From Promethearchaeia archaeon (lineage in GTDB: Archaea; Asgardarchaeota; Lokiarchaeia; Sigyniarchaeales; SOKP01): a stretch of 64,000 nt of DNA. The position numbers were made by a program, and so were the translations under genes. The stretch lies in contig JAHQWL010000083.1 of assembly GCA_029856155.1 (NCBI GenBank), forward strand, positions 1 through 64,000, given 5' to 3'. Positions 17,993 to 27,844 of this stretch are shown here, in pieces. Under the pieces are notes generated by a model. It saw only the letters and a program-made list of their open reading frames with translations, had not been told where the DNA came from and made no database searches. Within the stretch, counting starts at the first letter, position 1; each line of letters opens with the position of its first letter.

Positions 17993-18202
17993 ATGCTTGA
18001 GTTAAAGTATAAAAAAAAACAAAAGCGAAAGTTCCAGAAAGCTAGAGATTCTTTTGCTTTGAGATATAGACATTGTAATCGATGTGAGAAGAATTTAGAT
18101 ATTCATAGTAATGAAGAAATCGTTTGTGCTTTGTGCGGAGAGACTTTTTGCGCTATCTGCATAAATCTTCATCAGAAATATTGTTATAGTGGGTATAATT
18201 GA
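17993..18202 (+). CDS. Small Cys/His zinc-finger protein
   Basis: CNRC...CALC.ETFCAIC...H...C. Confidence 0.65.
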   Translation: MLELKYKKKQKRKFQKARDSFALRYRHCNRCEKNLDIHSNEEIVCALCGETFCAICINLHQKYCYSGYN

Positions 18203-18261
18203 AATTTTTCGAATATTGCCAAAACTAAAATAATAAACATGGAAAGTATCTTGAAATACTA

Positions 18262-19647
18262 TTAAACTAGTGTAAATTTCATTTTCTCGACGTGTCTCCA
18301 TAGCCCATCTGCTTTTTCAGTCCAGTCATCAAAATCCTTTGGGGTTTCAGGAAAATTTTCATAATGTTCTCTGATTCTTCCAGAAATTTTCATATATTTT
18401 AACATAGTTCCTAAAGCTTTTTTGGAAAACTGCCTAGTTAGAAGACCCCAAAGAAATAACCCTACTATCTTTAGCATCCTTCCAAAACTCATATCTAATT
18501 CAAGATTTTCCCACATTGAAGTGAAATCCCGACCACTAAATATAAAACTTTTCTTAAAGAGATAAATTACGTCTTTTTTAGTCATATTGGCAGCACCCGG
18601 AATTTGAGCCAATAAAGCAGCGAGTTTTGCTCCTCGATTTCTGAAAAAAAGTACATTTATTGGCCATAAATTTTCTCTATTTAACTCTAAATTCTTCACT
18701 AAAGTTGTATGAATCACATCCGAGGCTGTAAGACTCACATTCCAAGAAGATTCGATTGCTTCACCACTAAAAGATTTTGACATACATGCACTATCACCAA
18801 TACAGAAGAATTCATTCCCAACAAGAGAAAATGGTGACCTACGATAAGCTGTAGTAGCTTTGTGTACTTCTAAAATTTCATAAGGGGGGAATGGAACTTC
18901 TTTTAGGAAGATTTCAGTAGCTTTTTCTTGATTACCATATCCTCCTGGTTGACCTCCGCCAAATATATTTGCATTTGGTAAGAAATGAGGTGCTACCCAC
19001 GTTTTATAATATAGATATGAAATTGATTCTTCATATTTTCCCATACCAGGGTGTGGGTCATCTGGGTTCTTCCATTGTATAACTCTCTGAATTACATACA
19101 TTTTATCTTCATCCTCAATTTTGAATGTTTCTACTCCAAAATCCTTAGGCAGAGACTGTCGTACAACTGCTGAAGAACCAGTAGAATCAACAATCAGCTT
19201 TCCTAGAACTTCATTGATTTTGCCATCTTTCTCAAATTTAACTCCTATTAGATTATTTTCTTTTATTATTGGTTCTTTAAATGCAGCTGAAAAGTTGAAT
19301 TGAACCCCATCTACTTCAGTCAAATATATTAATCTTTGTATAAAAAATTGAAATCTCATTGCAGTTACCGGATATTCCATTACCTGTTGATATTTACCAT
19401 ATGGACCATAGTATGAAGTCCACTTAAAATTTGTAATAAATTCATCTGTTCCTTCTACAGGCGGGGGTATTTTATACTTATCAAAAACCATAGTTTCTAG
19501 ATGAAACTGATCCATTTTTGAACCTGTATTTTCTTTAGAGTCTTTCTCAATAATTAAGACTGAACGTCCCTTTTTTGCCAATTGCCAACCAAAATATATT
19601 CCAACAGGTCCAGCACCGACTATAATAATATCAGCAGAATTTTCCAT
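18262..19647 (-). CDS. FAD-dependent oxidoreductase, geranylgeranyl reductase-like
   Basis: DIIIVGAGPVG, VDSTG, IGDSA...SGEAI. Confidence 0.8.
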   Translation of the reverse strand: MENSADIIIVGAGPVGIYFGWQLAKKGRSVLIIEKDSKENTGSKMDQFHLETMVFDKYKIPPPVEGTDEFITNFKWTSYYGPYGKYQQVMEYPVTAMRFQFFIQRLIYLTEVDGVQFNFSAAFKEPIIKENNLIGVKFEKDGKINEVLGKLIVDSTGSSAVVRQSLPKDFGVETFKIEDEDKMYVIQRVIQWKNPDDPHPGMGKYEESISYLYYKTWVAPHFLPNANIFGGGQPGGYGNQEKATEIFLKEVPFPPYEILEVHKATTAYRRSPFSLVGNEFFCIGDSACMSKSFSGEAIESSWNVSLTASDVIHTTLVKNLELNRENLWPINVLFFRNRGAKLAALLAQIPGAANMTKKDVIYLFKKSFIFSGRDFTSMWENLELDMSFGRMLKIVGLFLWGLLTRQFSKKALGTMLKYMKISGRIREHYENFPETPKDFDDWTEKADGLWRHVEKMKFTLV

Positions 19648-19800
19648 ATTAAATATCTCTTTTTCCTAAATATTCCAATTCTACTTTGTAATAATTTATA
19701 TGATTCTATAAAAAAAAATAGTCTATGATTTATTTGCTTTGCGGGTATTATAAAAATGATTAATTTAAAGGGAAAAATATATGCTTACTGAGAAAATTGT

Positions 19801-19935
19801 TTATAAAATCGGTAATTTTTCATCATCAAGCTTCTCAAATTCTCTAATTTCGTCATTTTTTGATAATACATGAATATGTCCATGATAAATTATGAATCTG
19901 TGTTTCTCAATATCAATTTCCTCAGAGTTAGGCAT
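19801..19935 (-). CDS. Putative 44-aa protein (MPNSEEIDIEKHRFIIYHGHIHVLSKNDEIREFEKLDDEKLPIL)
   Basis: Read by hand; starts 12 nt after the stop of the co-oriented upstream gene. Confidence 0.45.
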   Translation of the reverse strand: MPNSEEIDIEKHRFIIYHGHIHVLSKNDEIREFEKLDDEKLPIL

Positions 19936-19947
19936 GCTTTAGGATCC

Positions 19948-20664
19948 TTAAGAAAGAACTTCATTCTTTTTTAAAATCCAGTCGTCAATTAGGAACTTTT
20001 GATTATCATTTTTGTTTTGATCAAAACTTGAGTGAATTCTGGACTTAGGTATCCAAACATCAATTCCGCTATCAAATTGGATAAGTAGAGCTTTATCAGT
20101 TTCACCTTTGATAATTCCATTAACACTATGTATGTTATTTGAATTATCAATCTTTTCTGTATATTTTGTATCGTTAATTGAATTTTTTTTACTTGTAATT
20201 ATCTCCTCTTGAACTATAATGTTTTTCATTAATTCTGAATTACTTTTTTTTGAAATAATAGGAGTTGTAGCAAATTCTATTTTTTCTTTTAAAAAATGTT
20301 TCAATAATAATTCTAGTATCTTAATCTGAGCATATTCGAGCACTTTAGAATATTTACCAATGTGAATCCATAACTTATTGTATTCTCCATTTTCCCACTT
20401 GAAGGAAATTTGTGTTTTCGCATCTTTAAACGTATGATAACTTGACCATGAGTTAGTTTCTTTGTCTAATACACGAATGATCCAAACTATCTCTTCTAAC
20501 GAAAATTTAATAACTTTGCCTTCTCCGATACTTGGCTTTTCCCAAGAACCATCATTTTTGCATTTAATAAGTCTAAAAAAGATATGAGGCTCATTTTTAG
20601 AAGAACTTTGAATAATCAATCCTACTTTCTGGCCAAAAAAACTGTAGCTATGATTATCAACCAT
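19948..20664 (-). CDS. Two-domain hypothetical protein (possible Whirly/PC4-like N-domain; ETDKA...WIPKS C-domain)
   Basis: WEKP...IKFSLEEI segment; C-terminal domain paralogous to 9776-10009. Confidence 0.6.
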   Translation of the reverse strand: MVDNHSYSFFGQKVGLIIQSSSKNEPHIFFRLIKCKNDGSWEKPSIGEGKVIKFSLEEIVWIIRVLDKETNSWSSYHTFKDAKTQISFKWENGEYNKLWIHIGKYSKVLEYAQIKILELLLKHFLKEKIEFATTPIISKKSNSELMKNIIVQEEIITSKKNSINDTKYTEKIDNSNNIHSVNGIIKGETDKALLIQFDSGIDVWIPKSRIHSSFDQNKNDNQKFLIDDWILKKNEVLS

Positions 20665-20783
20665 ACATCTATCAATTATTGTGTATTTTTAAAGAAAAAC
20701 AGAGTATAAATTTAGTATTTTTGTCGAAAAAACAAAAATTACTTTCACAAAAATTTTTTTTATTTTTAATAATTCTTACTACT

Positions 20784-21623
20784 ATGGGAATTGAACATCA
20801 TAAAAAATCTGAGTGGGATGTAGTGAAATCTACTCAACATCCTAACACTATAACTTCATTAAAACAAGATTTTGAATCACTTGGTATCATGTCTGGACAA
20901 ATACTGATAATGCATAGTTCATTAAGCGCGATAGGGTGGACTGTAGGAGGTCCTGTTGCAGTTATAAAAGCATTAATGGAAACCCTTACATCAAAAGGAA
21001 CCTTGGTTATGCCCACATTTTCAGGTGATAATACAGATCCATCTAATTGGGAAAATCCTCCCGTACCAGAAAGTTGGTGGAATATAATTCGCAATGAAAT
21101 GCCCCCTTACCATCCGGAAATAACGCCTACACGAGGAATGGGAGTAATTGTAGATATTTTTAGAAAATGGCCTAATGTTATTCGCAGTCATCATCCAACA
21201 TCCTCTTTTGCTGCATGGGGCAAATATGCTGAATTTATTACAGAAAATCATGAATTAATAACTGATTTAGGTGAAGACTCTCCATTAGCTCGAATTTATG
21301 AACTGAATGGAAAAATTTTATTAGTTGGAGTATCGCATGAAAATAATAGTTCTTTACATCTTGCTGAATATCGAAGTGATTACCAGGGAAAACACTATAA
21401 ATTAAATTCATCAGCACTTCAAATAGATAGTGAAAGAAAATGGATAGAATGGAAAGAATTAAATCTTATGACTGATGATTTTGAACAATTGGGAGCAGAT
21501 TTTGAATCAAAAACCAATTATAATCCCGGTAAAGTTGGAATAGCAGACGTTAGATTATTATCACAGCGAGAAATGGTAGATTTTGCAGTCAAGTGGTTTA
21601 AGGAAAATCGAAAGACTGTTTAA
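20784..21623 (+). CDS. AAC(3)/YokD-family N-acetyltransferase
   Basis: MHSSLSAIGW.VGG, GTLVMPT, RS.HP.SSFAAWG, NSSLHLAE; start at MGIEH. Confidence 0.9.
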   Translation: MGIEHHKKSEWDVVKSTQHPNTITSLKQDFESLGIMSGQILIMHSSLSAIGWTVGGPVAVIKALMETLTSKGTLVMPTFSGDNTDPSNWENPPVPESWWNIIRNEMPPYHPEITPTRGMGVIVDIFRKWPNVIRSHHPTSSFAAWGKYAEFITENHELITDLGEDSPLARIYELNGKILLVGVSHENNSSLHLAEYRSDYQGKHYKLNSSALQIDSERKWIEWKELNLMTDDFEQLGADFESKTNYNPGKVGIADVRLLSQREMVDFAVKWFKENRKTV

Positions 21624-21632
21624 TACTAGTTT

Positions 21633-22238
21633 TTAAATATTTATATCTAATTTTCTCAATTCCTTCCGTAGATTTGTATTTTTTGAAAATAAAATCGTTT
21701 TTATACTCAGTTTTCTCGCTTGAGATAAAAAAGCGCGTACATCATCAATAAAAATACACTCTTCTGGTATTAAATTGTATTTATGAATTAATTTTTGATA
21801 AATTTCAAGTTCGGGTTTGATAACTTTTTCTTTCCCTGAAATGATCCTTCCATCAAAGAGAGATAGAAAGTCATACTGGTTTTCTACAAAATCAAACGCC
21901 TCAACTATGAAATTAGACAAGATATATATTTTATAACCATTAGATTTTAGATCATATAGTATTTTTACATTTTCTTGGATCGGAGTAAGCATTTCCATCC
22001 AATGTCTAAAAAACATCACTATGAAATCATGATCTTCGGGAAATTTCTTAATGAATTTGTCTTCAGCCTTTTTAAGTGAAATGGTTCCACGATCTAATTT
22101 TAACCATATTCTACTTCTAATCACTTTTGAAATAAACTCCTCTATATAATTTTCATCGTTAGTGTATCTGTGTAAGAATTTCTCTGGTTTGAAATTGAAT
22201 ATTACATTACCTAAATCAAAAATTATGTTCCTTATCAC
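21633..22238 (-). CDS. HAD-family phosphatase
   Basis: IIFDLGNV, LSN, KP..EIY, FIDD. Confidence 0.9.
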   Translation of the reverse strand: MIRNIIFDLGNVIFNFKPEKFLHRYTNDENYIEEFISKVIRSRIWLKLDRGTISLKKAEDKFIKKFPEDHDFIVMFFRHWMEMLTPIQENVKILYDLKSNGYKIYILSNFIVEAFDFVENQYDFLSLFDGRIISGKEKVIKPELEIYQKLIHKYNLIPEECIFIDDVRAFLSQARKLSIKTILFSKNTNLRKELRKLDINI

Positions 22239-22312
22239 AATTTTGTATCAACAAACTACGGGACTGAATTAAAATACAAAATAGGTAAATATAAATAAAT
22301 TTTTTTTAATAA

Positions 22313-22543
22313 TTAAGATAATATTGATGAAAATGGATTTGTATTAGAGATAATTGCATTTCGGGATTGATTATTAACTTCATCTATTGAATTAATCTCG
22401 GTAATATCCTTGGAACAATCCACTTGAACATTTATCAAGATATATTTACAATGATTAACTAAAATATTATTTACATATATGTTAGTTTCTCCATCTTCGA
22501 ATCTTAGTTCAAGAAACTTATTTATTCTAAATTTTAGCATCAA
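22313..22543 (-). pseudogene. Truncated copy of the N-terminal domain typical of Lokiarchaeal LRR-associated proteins
   Basis: FRINKFLELRFEDGETNIYVN...CKYILIN...SIDE motif, then a premature end without the usual FWGHCSNLQ segment (recalled, not searched). Confidence 0.5.
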
Positions 22544-22645
22544 GAGTTGATGTGATTTCTTAAGTTTTATTTTTTTGCCTTTAAAAACCTAATATATTTT
22601 TGGTTAATAGATATAATTAAATTCGAAACTCGAAAGATAATTAAT

Positions 22646-23038
22646 ATGAAAGATATTATAAAACTCCTCTATGAAAAAATACCATACTATTCGACATTAG
22701 GCTTTGAAATACGAGAGATCGCAAATGGAAGAGCTATTTTCGAAATTGAAATAAGAGAGGAACTTACCCAAAATGGAATGATCCATGGTGGTGTTTTAGC
22801 TTCCCTTGTTGATTCTACTTGTGGGTGTGCGGCATTATCTTTGATCCATCCTAATGGATATGTTACAACTATAGATCTACAAATTGAATTTCTAAAACCG
22901 GTATCTAAAGGACATTTAAAAGCAAAAGCAAAATGTATAAAGAGTGGGAAAAACATCTTTTTTTGTAAAGCAAAAGTATGGGATGAAAATGGAGAACTAA
23001 TTTGCACGGGGAGTTCACAACTTCTTCGAGTACAATAA
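22646..23038 (+). CDS. PaaI-family thioesterase
   Basis: QNGMIHGGVLASLVD, TIDLQIEFLKP. Confidence 0.9.
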   Translation: MKDIIKLLYEKIPYYSTLGFEIREIANGRAIFEIEIREELTQNGMIHGGVLASLVDSTCGCAALSLIHPNGYVTTIDLQIEFLKPVSKGHLKAKAKCIKSGKNIFFCKAKVWDENGELICTGSSQLLRVQ

Positions 23039-23216
23039 AATACTCACCCTCCGTATAAATCTTGTCTTATCCTATTCTATATTTTAATATACCTGAATTT
23101 TTACATTTAAGTAAGCGAATGGGTTGTATATAGCAAGTTTTTTTTATGTTCTACTATTACGGAAATCACCTTTTATTGTACTTTTTTAAATTAAAAACAA
23201 AATAGTAAATATTAAT

Positions 23217-23720
23217 ATGAAAAAAACAATAAAAATCGTTGTTTCTGGAGATGGTGGCGTTGGGAAAACCTCGTTTCTCAATCGGTTAATCCATGATAAT
23301 TTTGATGATAACAGTGAATTAACTAAAGGAATTGATTTTTTTTCCAAAAATCTTACAATAAATGGGCAAGAATATAATTTTGTAATGTGGGACTTTGCTG
23401 GACAAACTCAATTTAAACAATTGTTAAATGATTTTGTGGATGGTTCTATAGCTGCTTTTGTATTGTTTGACCTATCTCGATTCAACACACTTGAAGGCGT
23501 TGAAGATTGGATAAAAAAATTAAATGAATATGGTAAGATATCTGCTTTTATATTGGGAAATAAATCTGATATTATTGATATTTATGACTGTAAAATTTTT
23601 GATGATTTTATATTAAATATAATAAAAAGGTACAATAATATTATAGGCTATTTAAAAATCTCCTCAAAAACAGGAGATAATGTTAAGAAAGCTTTCATTT
23701 CTCTCATAGAAAGAATTTAA
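23217..23720 (+). CDS. Rab/Ras-like small GTPase
   Basis: GDGGVGKTS, TKGIDF, WDFAGQ, GNKSD, SSKTG. Confidence 0.9.
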   Translation: MKKTIKIVVSGDGGVGKTSFLNRLIHDNFDDNSELTKGIDFFSKNLTINGQEYNFVMWDFAGQTQFKQLLNDFVDGSIAAFVLFDLSRFNTLEGVEDWIKKLNEYGKISAFILGNKSDIIDIYDCKIFDDFILNIIKRYNNIIGYLKISSKTGDNVKKAFISLIERI

Positions 23721-23728
23721 AAAAAAAA

Positions 23729-24757
23729 TTATACTTTAGTAATCCATCCAAACTCGTCTTCTATCTCTAATCGTTGAATTCCTGTTAGTAATTTATATAT
23801 TTTATTAGTTATTTCCCCTGGTTCTCGGTTATTAAAGATTCGTTCTTTACCTTCTAAATTAACTGATGCAATTGGAGTAATTACCGCTGCAGTACCGCTA
23901 CAGAATGCTTCTGTACATGAATCTTCAAATAATTCTCTATAGGAAATTTCTCTCTCTTCAGCCTCAATTCCCAATTTTTTGGATGCGAGTTCTAAAATAG
24001 ATTCTCTCGTAATTCCTTCTAAAATTGTTCCCGACTTTCTAGGAGTGGCTAATTTTCCATTAATCATTGCGAAAAAATTAGCTGCACCAACTTCTTCGAT
24101 ATATTCTAAATGAACGACATCTAAATATAAAATTTGGGAAAACCCTCTTGCTTTCGCTTCTTTTGCGGGTAACATTGTCCCAGCATAATTACATATTGTT
24201 TTTGCTGAACCCGTCCCTCCTGGAGCAGCTCTTGTATAATTTTTTGAAATTTCTAACTTAATTCCTTTAAAACCTTCTGGAAAATACGGTCCAACAGGAA
24301 CTGTAAAAATTATCAATTTAAATTCTTCCGCGGAGTGTACTCCGAGAATAGGCCCATACCCAAATAGAATCGGCCGGATATATAAAGCTCCTCCACTATC
24401 ATAAGGAGGAATAAACTCTTCATTAGCCTTTACCACTCTCTTTACAGCGTCAATAAACTTATCTACATCATATTCTGGCATTAACATCCTTCTAGCGCTA
24501 AAATTAAATCTTTTACTATTTTCTTCTGGTCTAAACAACGTAACTTCTCCATTCTTTGCTCTTAAGGCTTTCATTCCTTCAAAAATACCTTGTCCGTAAT
24601 TTATTACACACGATGCTGGAGAAATTTCGAAATTTCCAAAAGGTAATAATTTTCCGTCTTCCCATTTGCCATTTTTATGATTTGCCATAAACATAGTTTT
24701 TGTTGCAATAAAATTAAAACCCAATGAATAGAAATCAATTTCTTTTGGATCTACCAT
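23729..24757 (-). CDS. ilvE: Branched-chain amino acid aminotransferase
   Basis: YGQGIFEGMKA, LYIRP, K..CNYA PLP lysine, ILEGITR, GTAAVITP. Confidence 0.92.
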   Translation of the reverse strand: MVDPKEIDFYSLGFNFIATKTMFMANHKNGKWEDGKLLPFGNFEISPASCVINYGQGIFEGMKALRAKNGEVTLFRPEENSKRFNFSARRMLMPEYDVDKFIDAVKRVVKANEEFIPPYDSGGALYIRPILFGYGPILGVHSAEEFKLIIFTVPVGPYFPEGFKGIKLEISKNYTRAAPGGTGSAKTICNYAGTMLPAKEAKARGFSQILYLDVVHLEYIEEVGAANFFAMINGKLATPRKSGTILEGITRESILELASKKLGIEAEEREISYRELFEDSCTEAFCSGTAAVITPIASVNLEGKERIFNNREPGEITNKIYKLLTGIQRLEIEDEFGWITKV

Positions 24758-24945
24758 AATGTTTAAATCCTCTTTATTAGACTATTAGGGTTAATATGTG
24801 AAGATTAAAAAGTCTTATTGATAAATATTATCATTACTATAAATAGCAAATTTGCATATTTCTAATGATCTTCTTTTCATGATCTCAATAATAACTTAAG
24901 TAAATTTTCATAACATTTTTCAAAGCTAATTAGTTATTTGAACAT

Positions 24946-25830
24946 ATGTCCTTACAAAAAGTAACTTCAAGAGATATTATAGAGAAGAAGAAAAAAGGCG
25001 AAAAAATTATTACACTCACATCATATGATTATTCATTCGCAAAAATTGTTGATAGGAGTGGTATTGATCTAATACTTGTCGGAGATTCACTTTCAATGGT
25101 TATGCTTGGATATAAAAACACATTATCAGTAACTATGGATGAAATGATTCATCATACAAAAGCAGTTAGCCGAGGAGTAACAAATGCTTTAGTTGTGGGA
25201 GATATGCCTTATCTCTCATATAAAATAAATAAAATAGAAGCTGTTAAAAATGCAGGGCGTTTTATCCAAGAAGGTGGTGCTGAAGCTGTTAAAGTTGAAG
25301 GAGGAACAGAAATTTGTCCTACAATTAAAGCAATGATCAAGGCAGATATACAAGTTATGGGCCATATTGGCCTTACTCCACAAGCTATTTATCAATTCGG
25401 AGGTTTTTTAGTTCAAGGTAAGACAATTGAAGCTGCTAAAAAATTAATATTAGATGCAAAAAATTTAGAAGAAGTAGGAGTTTTTTCAATCGTCTTAGAA
25501 AGTATCCCTTGGCAAATAGCTAAAATAATTACGAATTCCATTGATATCCCAACGATAGGTATTGGTGCTGGACCTCATTGTGATGGTCAAATCTTGGTTA
25601 TTCATGATATGTTAGGCATCTTTACAGATTTTAAACCCAAATTTCTGAAATATTTTGGTAATATTGGTGAATCTATTAGTCAGGCTTTAAATGATTATAG
25701 AGACGAAGTCATAAATGGAATATATCCAGATCGAGAACATTCATATGAATTTCCTCAACAAGACTTAAACAAAATCAACAAATGGTTCGAAAATATAGAT
25801 ATATGTGAAGAGGCTCATAAACTATCTTAG
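24946..25830 (+). CDS. panB: 3-methyl-2-oxobutanoate hydroxymethyltransferase
   Basis: [38 protein letters not shown]. Confidence 0.95.
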   Translation: MSLQKVTSRDIIEKKKKGEKIITLTSYDYSFAKIVDRSGIDLILVGDSLSMVMLGYKNTLSVTMDEMIHHTKAVSRGVTNALVVGDMPYLSYKINKIEAVKNAGRFIQEGGAEAVKVEGGTEICPTIKAMIKADIQVMGHIGLTPQAIYQFGGFLVQGKTIEAAKKLILDAKNLEEVGVFSIVLESIPWQIAKIITNSIDIPTIGIGAGPHCDGQILVIHDMLGIFTDFKPKFLKYFGNIGESISQALNDYRDEVINGIYPDREHSYEFPQQDLNKINKWFENIDICEEAHKLS

Positions 25831-26124
25831 AATATATTTTTTTAAGCAGAATCTCATATTAATAAGAAAGGAAGTTCTTAGTGAGTATGAAAAATGTTAT
25901 TTTAATAATAGTCTATTTCTTGAAATTTTAGGACTTTCGTAATATTTTTGATTTTAAAAAAAAATATTATTACGATATCCTACATTGTTATTATTAAAAT
26001 AACAGAATATCGTTATATAAATAAAATTATAAATTTGTATTTATAGTTATAATATATAAAAGCTATACCATTTAAGAAAATAGTTCATAGTATAATAAAT
26101 TGAAACCTAATATAGGGAGATGTA

Positions 26125-27744
26125 ATGGCTGAAGAATATGATTATCTCTTTAAATCGATTGTCGTAGGAGATGGTGGAGTCGGAAAAACTGCTTTAACTC
26201 TCAGATTTAGTAAGGGTTTTTTCACTGAAGATTATAAAATGACGATAGGGGTAGATTTCCACGTAAAAACGATTAATATCGAATCTGTTGAAGGTACAAT
26301 ACGAGCAAAGCTTCAAATATGGGATACTGGAGGACAGGAGAGGTTTAGTTCAATTAGACCAATGTATTATAGAGGATCTTTAGGGGCATTATTGATCTTC
26401 GATCTTACAAATGGTGCAAGCTTTGAACACCTTCCTCAATGGATAGAAGAAGTAAGGGCGAATGTTAAAACAGAAATTCCTTTACTCCTTGTTGGTAATA
26501 AAAGTGATTTGACCGAACTAAGAGCTGTCTCTTTGGAAGAAATTAATGATTTCACAAGTAATTTTAATTTATATTATATGGAAACTTCAGCGAAAACAGG
26601 TGAAGGAGTTGGCGATTGTTTTTATATTTTAGCATGTTTAATGATCGGCTCAGGAGTCCCCGATCAGTTAATTTCAAAAGGAATTGTGTTCAGTCCTGGT
26701 CAAATTCTAACAACAGCAACAGGAACCTATCCAACTCCTCTAAGTCGATTAGAACCAGAATTTGATTTTGCGGCCCCTCCAGTTCCAGAACCTAGATCTC
26801 CCCAACCTAATATACCGAGTTCAACATTTGAACCAGAACCACAATTTGAGTTTGAAGCCCCGCCAGTTCCAGAACCAACACCTATATTGGAACCCGAATT
26901 TGAACCAGAAATACCTTTACCAGAATCCCAAGTTGAAAAAACAACTAAACAACCTGTAGTTTTCGACTTTAAAACACCAGAAGAAATATTAACGAGTGAA
27001 TTAAATGAAGAACAACTACAAAGCCCTCCTGAACCAAGCCTTATTACTAGTGGAGATGAAATCTATAAACCAAAAGCAGTTCCTTTTACATCAAGTATGC
27101 CAGTTCCTGCTCCTGCACCAGAAGGATTTCAATCTCCATTGGTAACGCCATCTATTGATAGTAAACCTTTAAGCGGTACTCATTTTTTAATGCCGCAAGA
27201 TACCCAAGAAAAAAAGTCAGATTCTTTGATGGATTACTTACCAGAACCAGTTTATTCTAAAAAAGAGATGAAAAAGGCTGAAAAACAGAAAAAGAAAGCG
27301 GAGAAGGAGAAGAAACTTCAAGAAGAAAAGGAAAGGCAACAAAAATTATTAGAGGATATGAAAAAAGCTAAGAAAGAAAAGAAAGAAAAACCTAAAAAAG
27401 AAAAGAAAGAAAAACTAGAATCTAAACCTATAGGCTCAATCCCTTCCACCCCCACAGCAGAAGCATCAAGCACACCCTCTCTATTTCAAACTTTAAGTCA
27501 AAAAACTGATGAGACAGAGAAATCTGTTGTCGCCGATTTTATGCCATTTACAGCAAAAAAAGGATCTGAAACTCAAGAGGCTAGTAAATTAAGAATTATA
27601 CCAAATATATCAGATATTGAAAGCAAACCAGTTCAATCAGAAGTATCAAAACCCTCAGAAAAAGAAATTATTATCTGTAAAAAGTGTGGAGCAATTCTAT
27701 CAAGCGATTATCAATTTTGTAATAAATGCGGAACCCCGTTATGA
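26125..27744 (+). CDS. Rab-like GTPase with long Pro/Glu-rich and Lys/Glu-rich tail and C-terminal zinc ribbon
   Basis: YDYLFK..VGDGGVGKT, IGVDF, KLQIWDTGGQERF, YYRG, GNKSD, ETSAK; C-terminal CKKCG...CNKCG. Confidence 0.9.
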   Translation: MAEEYDYLFKSIVVGDGGVGKTALTLRFSKGFFTEDYKMTIGVDFHVKTINIESVEGTIRAKLQIWDTGGQERFSSIRPMYYRGSLGALLIFDLTNGASFEHLPQWIEEVRANVKTEIPLLLVGNKSDLTELRAVSLEEINDFTSNFNLYYMETSAKTGEGVGDCFYILACLMIGSGVPDQLISKGIVFSPGQILTTATGTYPTPLSRLEPEFDFAAPPVPEPRSPQPNIPSSTFEPEPQFEFEAPPVPEPTPILEPEFEPEIPLPESQVEKTTKQPVVFDFKTPEEILTSELNEEQLQSPPEPSLITSGDEIYKPKAVPFTSSMPVPAPAPEGFQSPLVTPSIDSKPLSGTHFLMPQDTQEKKSDSLMDYLPEPVYSKKEMKKAEKQKKKAEKEKKLQEEKERQQKLLEDMKKAKKEKKEKPKKEKKEKLESKPIGSIPSTPTAEASSTPSLFQTLSQKTDETEKSVVADFMPFTAKKGSETQEASKLRIIPNISDIESKPVQSEVSKPSEKEIIICKKCGAILSSDYQFCNKCGTPL

Positions 27745-27844
27745 TATGTACTTTAGAAACAAGTCATTTTTATATCTTGCTTCCTTTAAAATGAATTTCT
27801 AAATATTTAGTATCTATCACATTTCGGGAGGTTAATTGTTTAAA

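Noticed and set aside
20784-21623. AAC(3) gene as acquired aminoglycoside resistance
   Set aside because: Looks like the widespread chromosomal YokD-type subfamily; no mobile context.
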